A stretch of 64,000 nt of DNA from Scyliorhinus canicula. Taxonomy: Eukaryota. Location of the stretch: the NCBI RefSeq assembly GCF_902713615.1, contig NW_024055900.1:62001-126000 (forward strand). The letters are read 5' to 3'. Positions 52,291 through 64,000 of the stretch are shown here, piece after piece (within the stretch, counting starts at the first letter, position 1; each line of letters starts with the position of its first letter). Below the pieces are notes generated by a model. It was not told the DNA's origin and searched no databases. It saw nothing but the letters and a program-made list of their open reading frames with translations. The position numbers and the translations under genes are program-made.

Positions 52291-55200
52291 GTAAAAGGAC
52301 GTTTACCTGATTAATTTTGAGCAAAGCACTCAAGTGCTAGGTTCCTCTGTGAGTGTGGTGGTATTTGTGTGTTGTATGATATTATGGTTTCGAGATCATA
52401 GTTTGAGTGGTTTGAGTCAAACAGCCAACAAACTGATGTGTAATTAGCAAATCTTCATTTTCAAAATTTCTCAACATATAATCCACATCTACGGATGATT
52501 CCAGGGTATGTTTGATAAACATGAGGAATTTTAATCATGATGGAAATTTATGCACATAAAATAAGATTATGTTAATTTGATAAGGTTCATTGGAAGTTAC
52601 GATAGGTTAAATCCAATCCGGTGTTGGATTAGTTCAGGGTTAAAACTTCCCTGTCACAACTGGCACCATGCAGAAAGAATAATTCTGAGATTGCAGAAAG
52701 AGTATAAAGGACAGAAGATTAAATAAAATAGGCGAACGGTCACGTTTCTTGCTTCAAGCAAAAGAATGGTGTTGACAAAATGACGTCTGGTGGAGAACTC
52801 ATATTACATCCCTTTCCAAACCGGCAGAAAATGGACCCTTGCTAGTTATCAGCTGAAGATCTATTTTTTATTGGAAATTACAAACCTTATGTTTTGGATT
52901 GTCAGATTAGTTAACCAACTCTATCCCAAGCAGAATGGATGCTTTGTGTTTTGCTTTGCAGGTAACTGCAAGTGGAACAAGCTTTGCAGTAGCTTCAGGA
53001 ATTTGAGATAGTTGGGGAGAGGATATGGGTTATATTAAGGTGGCTTACTATACAGACACAAGCCCATCAAGGTCGGATTCAAGCGCAGCAGAATCAGGTG
53101 CGCAACCATAAGGAAAATAGATATGAAAATGTTGTAAAATATGAAACTACATCACCTGTATAACAGATGTATTCCACCCATACAGGCGAAGCTTTATACG
53201 ACACAAACGAACACCTGGTGACGATCAAGGCCCTTGAGTTAGCATGAGTTAGTATGAATAACTTCAGCATGATGTCAGGGGCTGGTAAGGTACCAACTCA
53301 CTTTATGTAATATCAAATTTAATTGTATATACAACTAATGTATGTAATCTACAATCAAGATCCAACCGGAATGTGCTGTGCCGCTGTTTAGAAAAGTGTA
53401 CAAGAATTCGTGTTTCTTTTGTTCGGTGGAGAGACGGTCTGGGGCTCTGGGCCTTCAATAGACATCACCTCCCCATCGGTGAAATAAACTGTTTAATGCG
53501 AGGACGAACCCTGAACGTTGAGTGATTTCTTCGAGATTCTCCCCCGCTAACAATGTTATGAGATGTTAAGGGGGCATAGTAAAACTGGAAAGTCATTTCC
53601 TTAGCGAAGGGAACAGGTCAAATAGGTTCACAGTTTAAAACGTAGAATTATCTCCAGTACTGTTGCTGGGTAGATTTGTTTATAAATAGTCCTCATTGAC
53701 AATGTTAAGAGTTTGAAGTTGGCTTGCAGCCAAGCGGTCAGTACTGAGCAAACAGATCTCTGAAAAAATATCCAGATGCTTCCTGTAAACAACATTGAAC
53801 ATTCGAGCCTCCCTGACTGCAGGCGGCTGGGTTGCTGTCCAATACTGTGTGGGGCAGATTACCCTGAATATGAATGGATACAATTGGATTTATCCATTCA
53901 AACCATAAATATTTCATGAAGTAAACGTTTTAAACGGTGATCCATCTGAATAAATATATTCAGCGAATGTTCTGTTCACTCTGAGTTTAAAGCCGATCCG
54001 AAAATAGTAAACTGACCCGATGCAATTTATATTAGATTCGAGTTAAAGTCACACTAGTTGTTAAAGTCCGTTTGTTGAGAACCTAATTAAGTGAGAGTGA
54101 GTTGTGTTGATGGAGCCAATCCACAAACCTAATCAGATGAGTTGAACAGTAGAAAAATAAGTCAATTTGAAAGAAAATCATAAAACTGCCTTGAACTCAC
54201 CGGAATGCCTGAAATATTCTCCGAGATGTTCACCTTATTTAAACGGTGAAGTCTCTTATACCTGATTAGCCCCGTATTCTGTATAGTTTAATTTGTGCTG
54301 ATTTCCATTATTTAACAGCCCCTCTGCTGCCAATGAGTGGAGAAATGACCAGTTCATGACCTGCTTCAGTGGAAGATAAACGATTTATTCTTGTGATATT
54401 GTGTAATATGCTGCAAAGTCCTGGTATCCTGTATTCCCAACACCAGTGAATGTGAGACAGCCGTGGACATAAAAATTATCGGCAATGATATGGGTACTGA
54501 AGGATACATTTGCTGATGGCCGTGTCCATTCCGATTCATTACCTTCTCTGTCAAATGTTAAATTAATTTCATGTTTCTCTGTCAACTGACTCCTTAATTA
54601 TCAGGCAAGTGGGCTTCTTCGACCGCTAATGTTCAGAGGACTGTGTTAGGATCCGGGGCAGGTCGGGAAATGCCAGGGAAATCGTTGCACCATATGAGGA
54701 GTTTCGTCTGGTCTATAGACCCACATTGTACAGTGATCGCCACCCGCAATGTAAATGTGGGACTTTGTTCAGCACTTTGTTCATGCCCCGCATTTAGTTC
54801 CAGAAATCGATCACAATTCCGCTGTTAATTGACACTTTATTGTTGTAATGGGATAAAGATCTGGAATTGTGGCAAAGCAGACTGGCAGTCAGTTTACTCC
54901 TCCATATTATAATGTAGTCTGTTCATGTTCTTCACTTTCTGTTGGAGAGTAGAAATAAAGGACTAAATTGAAATGAAAATGAAAATCGCTTATTGTCACG
55001 AGTAGGCTTCAATGAAGTTACTGTGAAAAGCCACATTCCGGCGCCTATCCGGAGAAGCTGGTACGAGAATCGAACCGTGCTGCCGGCCTGCTTTAAAAGC
55101 CAGCGATTTAGCCCAGTGAGCTAAACCAGCCCCTACAATGGAATTCGTTTTTATTAACAGATGCTCAATGTTATTTCACCATTAGAACCATTGGAAACAT

Positions 55201-55382
55201 CACCTAGAAAACAATCAGCCATACAAATACCCCGATTCAGATAAACTCTCCGTTTTAATAATAACCTACTATAAATCTCTGAATCAATTCTTTTCGCTGT
55301 GGAAGGTGGGACGTGGATCCAGTCGCCGCCTCCACCAGGGAATCAACAGGCGGCGCCTGGAAAGCCGCCCCCTTCTGCCGGG

Positions 55383-55391
55383 TATTTAAAT
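55383..55391 (+). promoter_or_regulatory. TATA-like element of the VH gene
   Basis: TATTTAAAT about 95 bp upstream of the leader ATG, after a GC-rich stretch. Confidence 0.45.
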
Positions 55392-55481
55392 GCCGCTCAC
55401 TGGGACCCGAATCCAACAGTCCGGGAGCTGGTTTGTTCACTGAGTTCCTGACACAACCATTTCCCCCAAATGGCCAGAAGG

Positions 55482-56027
55482 ATGAGGTGGGCCATTTCTC
55501 TCAGTTTGTTGCTGACTTTCTTATCCCGTGAGTAGTTCTTATTGTCCAAGTCTCTCACTGTTACTGTCTCAGTGTTAGTCTCTCTCTGGAATGTTCCAGA
55601 GTCACCAATCATTTCACCAGCATTAATCCTCGGGCTTTTTGATATATTTTTACAGGTGTCCAGTCGGATGTTGTGTTGACTCAGCCAGAGGCAGAGACCG
55701 GGCGTCCCGGAGGCTCCCTGACACTAACCTGTAAAACCAGCGGCTTCGATCCCGGTAGCAATTACATGCACTGGGTCCGGCAGGTTCCTGGACAGGGATT
55801 GGAGTGGCTGCTGAACCACTATGGTTCATCAAGCAGCAGCGCTGCGCCAGGAATTGATAATCGATTTATTTCGTCATTGGACACTTCAAACAAGATCTTC
55901 TTGGCGGTCGTGAAGAACCTGGAGACGGAAGACACCGCCATCTATTACTGTGCATCTCCAGCGGTGGGATTGGATGGCAATACGTTGGGCCATTGGGGAC
56001 AAGGAACTATGGTGACGGTGACTGCAG
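55482..56027 (+). CDS. IGHV: Pre-joined (germline-rearranged) IgM-type heavy-chain V-D-J gene
   Basis: Leader 55482-55527 [15 protein letters not shown] with GTGAGT; exon 55656-56027 [31 protein letters not shown]...[13 protein letters not shown]...[33 protein letters not shown], then G|GTAAGA donor; no RSS between V and J. Confidence 0.93.
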
Positions 56028-56174
56028 GTAAGAAACATACAATTATTCTGCAAGTGATTTACTTGAGTCTCTTTTGTATTTTACTCTATTCCGTCGTCCA
56101 TTCAAATGCTTGTTTGGCGGATTCTGTACTGTGTTTTTTGTTGTAATTTTACATGTGATTCTGCTGAAAATTGT

Positions 56175-56550
56175 ATTAATTATTCATAGAATTTACAGTG
56201 CAGAAGGAGGCCATTCGGCCCATCGAGTCAACACCGGCTCTTGGAAAGAGCACCCTACCCCCTACCCAAGGTCAACACCTCCACCCTATCCCCATAACTC
56301 AGTAACCCTACTCAACATTAAGGGCAAATTTTGGACACTAAGGGCAATTTATCATGGCCAACCCACCTAACCCGCACATCTTTGGACTGTGGGAGGAAAC
56401 CGGAGCACCTGGAGGAAACCCACGCACACGCGGGGAAGATGTGCAGATTCCGCACAGACAGTGACCCAGACAGTGACCCAAGCCGGAATCGAACCTGGGA
56501 CCCAGGAGCTGTGAAACGATTGTGCTATCCACAATGCTACCGCGCTGCCC
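56175..56550 (-). mobile_element. HE1-type SINE just downstream of the joined JH
   Basis: Reverse-complement match with a 12-bp internal duplication GACAGTGACCCA. Confidence 0.9.
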
Positions 56551-56864
56551 TATTCCATTGGTTTTTGACAAAAGATACAGTTCTGTGATTCAGTCCCTGG
56601 TTATTGAGGTGTTGTTGTTTTTCTGCTCAGTACTGTGTGACCGGTTTACTTTAAATGCTGAACCTCTGTTATACAATTTGGCATTGGCACAATACTTAAT
56701 TTCAGTAATATCTGATGGTTGAAGATATTGCCATCGACTGCAAAAATTACCTTTTTAAATATATCTGGCACATAACAAAATAAAGAATTAATGCTTTCAA
56801 GATTCAAAATGGATTTACTGAACATGTGCTGTATATTAGTAATGATGATGCTGTCATTCATAGA

Positions 56865-57195
56865 GCAGCACGTTAGCACAGTGGTTAGCACTGTAGCTTC
56901 ACAGCGCCTGGGTCCCAGGTTCAATTCCCGGCTTGGGCCACTGTCTGTGTGGAATCTGCACGTTCTTCCCGTGTCTGCGTCGGTTTCCTCCGGGTACTCC
57001 GGTTTCTCCCACAGTCCAAAGTTGTGCAAGTTAGGTGGATTGGCCATGCTAAACTGCTCTTATGTCCAAAAAAGGTCGGACTGGGTTATGGGGGTAGGAT
57101 GGAGGTGTGGGGCTTAAGTGGGGTGCTGTTTCCAAGGGTTTGAGCAGACTCGATTGGCCGAATGGCCTCCTTCTGCACTGTAAATTCTATGTTCT
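56865..57195 (+). mobile_element. HE1-type SINE
   Basis: Full head, core and tail. Confidence 0.9.
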
Positions 57196-58781
57196 ATTCC
57201 ATATTTATGTATATTTAAACATTAAATTGTTTGGCAATGAGCGGGTTGTCTGGATTCGATATTGGGCTTTTTCGGCAATGATATATTTGATTCGATTGGA
57301 AGTTTTCGGATAATTGAGCTATGTCTCCATGAAACGATTTTCAGCTCCTCCGTGATGTGATTTGGTTGTTTCCTGCTGTGAACGTTTCAAATTTGTGAAA
57401 GGGTTTGGCGTTTCGGCATTTTTTAAAGTCGACGGCATGTTTTGAGATTTAAAGAAAACTCTCCGTTTTTTGAAACTGCTTGAATACAATTGAAGAGAGA
57501 AAACAGGCAGGTTTCAATAAAGACAAATAAACATGTAAAGATATGTTGCGGCAATTTTAAACTTAACTGATAATTGCAAGTTAAACTAAACCATCTACTG
57601 ATCAATTGGAATATTTTTTCCAAAACAACCTATTTAATTTTCAAAGGGATTTTTTGAATCGTAAGAGGAAACTATAAACGTGACATGTGCGTGCAATGCT
57701 CCTTCAGAACATTGTTCGTTACTGCAATCACAAAATATATAATAAACAAGTTTTCAAATTGTCGGCCAAGATGAATATAATCTAAACAAATATAATGCAC
57801 TAACATCGCTCCTTAATAACCAAATAAGGACTCGACTTCCGGGCGGCGAGCGAGGAGGTCGCAGGGAGAGGGGCTCCCGCAAGCGCCAGGAAGGAACCCC
57901 CCCGACAGGCCGGACGGCGGAGGAGGAGCGGGCGGCAACGGCGGAGGAGGAGCGGGCGGCAACGGCGGAGGAGCGGGCGACAACGGAGGAGCGGCGGGCG
58001 GCAGCGGCGGGCGGCAGCGGCGGGCGGCAGCGGCGGGCGGCAGCGGAGGAGAAGCGGAGGAGAAGCGGAGGAGGAGCGGGCGGCAGCTGAGGAGGAGCGG
58101 GCGGCGGCGGAAGGCGGAGGCGAGGAGCGACGGCGACAGGGAGGCCCAGCAGCGGCAGGTCCAACCCCTCTCCCCCCCCCCCCCCCCCCCCCCCCCCCCC
58201 ACGCGGGCCGGGAACGGTGCGGTAGCGGCGGGCCCTCTTCCCCCCCCCAAACCAGCAGCGGGACACCACCTTCCCCCCCCCAATCAGCAGCGGGGACACC
58301 AACTCCCCCCCCCCCCCCCCAACCAGCAGCGAGGACACCAACCCCCCCCCCCCCCCCCCCCAACCAGCAGCGAGGACACCAACCCCCCCCCCCCCCCCCA
58401 ACCAGCAGCGGGGACACAAACCCCCCCCCCCCCCCAACCCCCCAACCAGCAGCCCCACTCGCCCCTCCCCCTCCCCCCAACTGCAGTGACCACCACGTGG
58501 CAAGGACAAAGGGGGACTCTCTCTCTCTCTCCTGGGCGAGTGGAGAGAGAAAACAAAAGAAAAAAGAGACTTATATTTCTGTTCTTTTTTTTAAAATAAA
58601 AACCCAAAAGAAAACTGGTAAAGAGAAAAGGGGTGAAATAAAGGGGTAAAGGAAAGAAGGGGGGAAATAAATTTTTCATTTAAAAAAAAAAAAATATATA
58701 CATATATTTTTATATATATATAAATAAAATTAAAATAGGGTGCGGAAAAGGGGGAAAAGAAGAACAAGGAGAGAAGAAACG

Positions 58782-59786
58782 ATGAAGGGGAAGGGGGAGA
58801 AAAAAATGCCAGAAGGGACCCAAGAGAAAGGGGGCACCGGAGGTGGACGGGGCAAAGGGCAAACCAGCTTGGGCGAACGAGTCAACACGCGAAGCAGCGG
58901 GAAGAATGTATCGCCGCATCCAAAAGGGCTGGACGGGCGGGCAACCTCTCCCCTGGGGTTAGAGGGGGGCGTGAATTGGAAGGAAGCCATTGCAGAGGTG
59001 GTGAGGGAGCAGCTGCAGGCAATCAAGGCAGAGTTAAAAGCAGACACAGAGGCCGCAGCACAGGCAGCAATGACCAGGGCCATGTCAGGGGTGCAGCAGG
59101 CTCTGACCAGAATGGAGGAGAAAGTGGATGCCCAAGGGAAGATACTGGAAGCCCACGGGGCAACCATTAAAGAGCTGGAGAAGGCAGCGACTGACGTGAG
59201 CGACCGGGTCATGTCCCTGGAGAGGGAAATGGCGAAACTGAGTGCAACACAGGGGAGCCTGAAGGGCAGGGTAGACGACCAGGAGATCAACTCGAGAAGG
59301 CAAAACATTAAGATAGTGGGCCTGCCAGAGGGGATAGAGGGTAGAAATCCCACAACATTCGTGGCTGCGATGCTGGGCTCCTTGGTGGGGCGGGAAACTT
59401 TTCCCACCCCACCGGAAATGGACAGAGCTCATCGGTCACTGCGCCCGAAGCCCAAGGAAGGGGAAAAACCGAGAGCAGTTATAGCCAGACTGCACCGGTA
59501 CCGGGATAGGGAGACAATCCTGCGCTGGGCCAAGGAGAATAGAGCCTGCAATTGGGACGGGCACGCCATCAGAATCTACGAGGATTTTGGAGCGGACATA
59601 GCTAAGAGACGGGCGGAGTTCAACAGAGCGAAAGCAGCTCTCTATAAGAACAAAGTACGTTTTGGTATGCTGTACCCAGCAAAACTCTGGGTCACATACC
59701 AACACAAGGAATATTTCTTTACAGCCCCTGCCGAGGCGAATAGATTCGTTGAGGAGCACGGGCTGGAAAAACGCCATGGGAAGTAG
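58782..59786 (+). CDS. L1 ORF1p (coiled coil + RRM/CTD)
   Basis: Open frame with SRRQNIKIVGLPEGIEG, RAHR, PRAVIARL and IYEDF motifs typical of L1 ORF1. Confidence 0.88.
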   Translation: MKGKGEKKMPEGTQEKGGTGGGRGKGQTSLGERVNTRSSGKNVSPHPKGLDGRATSPLGLEGGVNWKEAIAEVVREQLQAIKAELKADTEAAAQAAMTRAMSGVQQALTRMEEKVDAQGKILEAHGATIKELEKAATDVSDRVMSLEREMAKLSATQGSLKGRVDDQEINSRRQNIKIVGLPEGIEGRNPTTFVAAMLGSLVGRETFPTPPEMDRAHRSLRPKPKEGEKPRAVIARLHRYRDRETILRWAKENRACNWDGHAIRIYEDFGADIAKRRAEFNRAKAALYKNKVRFGMLYPAKLWVTYQHKEYFFTAPAEANRFVEEHGLEKRHGK

Positions 59787-60556
59787 GGACGAGGGGCCCA
59801 TGGCAAGGAGATACGTCATGCCGACGGGGGGGTGGGGAGGGGCGAGGCAAAGCCAGCCCCCTCCCCCCTGGCAGGAGCACCCAGGAAAAACAACCCAATG
59901 CCCAAGGGCCCGCTCCAGGTGGGAGGCCAGGCCCCGGCACGAGGGAACGGGAGTACTGGAGAGGGGAGAGGGGAAGGGGGACAGCAACCTCCGAGCGGGG
60001 AGCCACCGTGCTAGCAGGAAAGCTAGCGAAGGGGGCGCGCAACAGAGCAGGGCCGCAGCGCACCCCCAACAGGGGGGAAGGCGCCAGGCAGGGGAGGGGG
60101 GGGATCACCCATCAAAGGTGGGAGAGCAAATGGGGACAGGAATGGGGGAGAGAGGGGCAATGGAGGGGTACACAGGGGTATCCCCGAAAGGGATAGAGCG
60201 GGGGGGGGGGGCACTCGGGGGGCGAGAGACCAGGGAGGGGAAATGCAGGGACGAAGGGACAAAAGAGGCCAGAAAGGGAATAGGGCCACAAAGTGCCACA
60301 GACAAGGGCTCGAAACAGGGAACTGCTGCAAACACCCACCCAGTACGGTCTGTGGGTGAAGGGGCCCCCCGGAGTGCAGGGGGCTACCCGCGTGGCGGAC
60401 ACACAGTGGACGGCCATGGCGGGTGTCCCCGGGACAAGGGGGAACCCCGGAGCGCAGGGACCCGACCGCATGGGGAGAGCAGTGATAGTGGACATCCTGG
60501 ACGGCCCCCTAACAAAGGGAAACCCCAGAGGGCAGGGGCGCGTCCACCGGACAAAT

Positions 60557-63500
60557 ATGGTTAACCCCACAGGAGCAAGGGGGCAGAAGCCCCCCACCAG
60601 AATAGTCACCTGGAACGTAAGGGGACTTAATGGCCCAGTGAAGAGATCTAGAGTCCTCACCCACCTTAGAAACATGAGGGCCGACATAGTCTTCCTCCAA
60701 GAGACGCACTTGAGGGAGCAGGACCAACTGCGGGTAAGAAAGGGCTGGGTGGGACAAACCTATCATTCCTGTTATGGGGCAAGGGCCAGGGGGGTGGCGA
60801 TCCTGATTGGCAAGAGGACAATGTTTAGGGCGACAAAGACGGTTACGGACCCAGGGGGACGGTATGTCATGGTCAGCGGGGCCCTGGATGGGGCGCCGGT
60901 AGTCCTAGTTAACGTGTATGCGCCCAACTGGGACGACACGAGCTTCATCCAAAAGACCATGGCAGAAATCCCGGACATAGCGACGCACCGACTAATCATG
61001 GGGGGGGACTTCAACTGTGTACAGGACCCAACGACGGACAGATCAAACCCCAGAACGGGGAAAACCTCAAACATGGCAAGGGAACTCAGTCACTATATGG
61101 AGCAGATGGGAGCAGTAGACCCCTGGAGATTCGCCCACCCGGGGGAGAAAGAATTCTCTTTCTTCTCCCCAGTACACAACGTGTACACCAGAATTGACTT
61201 CTTTGTGGTGGGGAAAACGGTGCTTCCAGAGATAGACAAGGTGGAATACTCCGCAATTGTGATATCAGACCACGCCCCACACTACATGGATGTGCGGCTA
61301 GAGACGGGAAGGGCCCAGCGCCCCAAATGGAGGTTGGACGGTGCCTTACTAGCTGACAAGGCCTTCAGCGAAAGGATAGCGCGGGCCATAGCGGAGTACA
61401 CTGAGATCAACCAAAACGGGGAGGTCTCACCCTCCACGTTCTGGGAAGCGCTTAAGGCCGTACTAAGAGGGGAAATCATAGCCTACAAAGCGCAAAGAGA
61501 TAGGGAGGAAAGGGTGGCTAGGCAGAAGCTGGTCGACTCCATACTGGAGGTAGACCATAAATACTCCGAGGCCCCGACCGTAGAACTCCTGGCGGAGAGG
61601 AAAGAATTACAAAGGAACTTTGACCTGCTCTCCACCAGGAAAGCAGTACACCAACTCCGCCAGGCACGCGGGGCCCTATACGAACACGGAGACAAAGCCA
61701 GCCGCCTGTTGGCCCACCAGCTGAGAAAGCAGGCAGCCAGCAGAGAAATTGCGCAAATCAGAGATACCAGAGGCACGTTGGAAACAGAACCAGAGAGGAT
61801 TAACAAAACCTTCAAGGCCTTCTACCAAGAGCTGTACACCTCAGAGCCCCCAACGGGGAAGGCTGGGATGAACCGGTTTCTTGACGGACTGGACATACCA
61901 GTTGTGGGAGAGGGCAGAAAACGGGATCTGGAAGCACCACTAGCACTGGGAGAGATCATGGACAGCATTAGCTCCATGCAGGCGGGGAAGGCGCCGGGAC
62001 CGGACGGATTCCCGGCGGACTTCTACAAAAAATTTGCGACAGCGCTGGCCCCGCACCTGCGGGAGATGTTCACAGACTCGCTAGCTAGGGGCACATTGCC
62101 ACCCACGTTAGCACAGGCCTCAATCTCGCTGATACCTAAGAAAGACAAAGACCCAACGGAATGTGGGTCATACAGACCCATATCTCTGCTGAATGCAGAC
62201 GCCAAAATACTGGCCAAAATCCTAGCCAAGAGGCTAGAAGACTGTGTACCTGAGGTGGTCACAGAGGACCAGACGGGCTTTGTCAAAGGTAGACAGCTTA
62301 CCGCGAACATCAGGCGCCTGCTGAACGTGATAATGACCCCCTCCGGGGAGAGAACACAAGAGGTGATCGTCTCCCTGGACGCAGAAAAGGCCTTCGACAG
62401 AGTCGAGTGGAAATACCTCATAGAGGTACTGGAGCGGTTCGGGCTTGGAACAGGGTTCACCGCTTGGGTAAAGCTCCTGTACAACGCACCCATGGCGAGT
62501 GTACAGACCAACAATACCAACTCCCAATACTTCCAGCTGCACAGGGGCACCAGACAAGGATGCCCACTGTCCCCGCTGCTGTTCGCACTAGCAATTGAAC
62601 CGCTAGCAATCGCGCTCAGGGCAGCAAAAAATTGGAGGGGGATCCGAAGGGGAGGTAGAGAGCACAGAGTCTCACTCTATGCGGATGATCTGCTCCTCTA
62701 TATCTCGGACCCACAAAGCAGCATGGACGGAATCATCGCGCTCCTGAAAGAGTTTGGAGCCTTCTCGGGCTACAAACTCAACATGAGCAAAAGTGAGATC
62801 TTCCCAGTACACCCGCAAGGGGGGGGGGGGCAGCACTAAAGGGGCTGCCGTTCAATCAAGCCCGACATAAATTCCGCTACCTGGGGATCCAAATAGCCCA
62901 TGACTGGAAAGGGATCCACAAATGGAACCTCACCAGCCTGACGGAGGAAGTTAAAAAGGACCTGCAAAGATGGAACACACTCCCGCTCTCCCTCGCGGGG
63001 AGAGTTCAGACGATCAAAATGAACGTACTGCCCAGGTTCCTCTTCCTGTTTAGATCCATTCCGATCTACATCCCCAAGGCCTTTTTCAAAGCGCTGGACA
63101 AACTCATCATGGCGTTCGTATGGGGGGGTAAAAATGCTAGGATCCCAAAGAAGGTCTTACAAAAAACAAAAACCAGGGGAGGGCTAGCCCTCCCGAATCT
63201 ACAATTCTACCACTGGGCAGCAACAGCCGAGCGAGTAAGGGGATGGATCCAGGAGCCAGAGGCTGAGTGGGTGCGTGCGGAGGAGGCCTCCTGCATGGGA
63301 ACCTCCCTCCGGGCCCTCGCCACGGCAGCACTCCCATCCCCACCCAAAAAACACTCCAGCAGCCCAGTGGTGACAGCCACCCTCCAATCCTGGAACCAAC
63401 TGCGGCAGCAACTTGGCCTGACCAAAATGTCGAACAGGGCTCCCATCTGCAACAACCATAGGTTCACACCAGCACTGACTGACGCCACCTTCAAAAGGTG

Positions 63501-64000
63501 GAGGCAGGACGGGGGGACACTGACAGTCAGGGACCTATACACGGACGACAGGATCGCAACACTGGACGAACTGACAGAGAAGTTTCAGCTAGCTGGGGGG
63601 AACGAGCTACGGTACCTGCAGCTCAAAAACTTCCTACGAAAGGAGACAAGGACGTACCCACAACCGCCACGACAGACACTACTGGAAGACCTACTGGACG
63701 CAAGTATCCTAGAGAAAGGGAACTGTAGTGACATGTATGACCGACTGGTAGATAGGGACGACACCGTACTGGACGCAACAAGAAGGAAATGGGAGGACGA
63801 CCTGGGGATGGAGATAGGGTGGGGACTCTGGAGCGAAGCACTGCATAGGGTCAACTCCACCTCCACGTGCGCAAGGCTCAGCCTGACGCAACTAAAAGTG
63901 GTACATAGAGCCCACTTAACAAGAACCCGTATGAGTAGGTTCTTCCCGGAGGTGGAAGACAGATGTGAACGGTGCCAAAGAGGCCCGGCCAACCACGCCC
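60557..64000 (+). CDS. L1 ORF2p (endonuclease + reverse transcriptase) with a single frameshift at a G run
   Basis: Open 60557-62839; after the G run at ~62819-62830 another frame (AALKGLPF...FRYLGI...CERC) stays open to the window end. Confidence 0.9.

Larger units (their letters stand above)
57835..64000 (+). mobile_element. Near-full-length L1/Tx1-clade LINE, runs off the window
   Basis: GC-rich 5' UTR with internal tandem repeats, ORF1, and ORF2 with APE endonuclease (TWNVRGL, FLQETH, GGDFN), RT (LYADD) and the start of a C-terminal cysteine motif. Confidence 0.95.

Noticed and set aside
53440-53480. WGSG J-like motif
   Set aside because: No upstream heptamer, no T.(L/V).V pattern and no splice donor
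54385-54585. Minus ORF ending LTFTGVGNTGYQDFAAYY, resembling a V-domain F strand
   Set aside because: No Cys, no Trp motif and no RSS; cannot be separated from chance without a profile search
55656-56027. Processed retrocopy origin of the joined VDJ
   Set aside because: The leader intron and the genomic J donor with downstream intron are retained, with no poly-A or TSD
57754-58679. Long Gly/Pro/Arg-rich minus-strand ORFs
   Set aside because: By-products of the GC-rich repetitive L1 5' UTR

Overview
Shark (elasmobranch) genomic DNA, inferred from HE1-type SINEs, CR1/L1/Penelope retroelements and shark-type antigen-receptor genes; the species cannot be fixed from the sequence. The window is part of a T-cell receptor alpha/delta-type V-gene array. 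It holds 11 TCR V segments or relics on both strands, all with leader+intron+V exon+23-type RSS architecture or remnants of it. Five are intact (7.5-7.9 kb, 15.0-15.4 kb, 19.0-20.3 kb, 25.2-25.6 kb, 33.7-34.1 kb). One has an open frame but a broken RSS, and five are pseudogenes; one further 3'-truncated relic abuts the 19 kb gene. No unrearranged D, TCR J or C exon was seen. The standout is at 55482-56027: an immunoglobulin heavy-chain (IgM-type) gene whose V, D and J are already fused in frame, with promoter, leader intron and J splice donor intact, no internal RSS, and no C exon in the remaining 8 kb. Other content: a tRNA-Asp-like gene with an ATC anticodon inside a V leader intron, a hAT MITE in an RSS spacer, two head-to-head degenerate C2H2 zinc-finger genes, an RPE gene fragment, a minisatellite made from a CR1 3' tail, and a near-intact L1/Tx1-clade LINE running off the right edge. 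Repeat boundaries are approximate, and no database searches were run.
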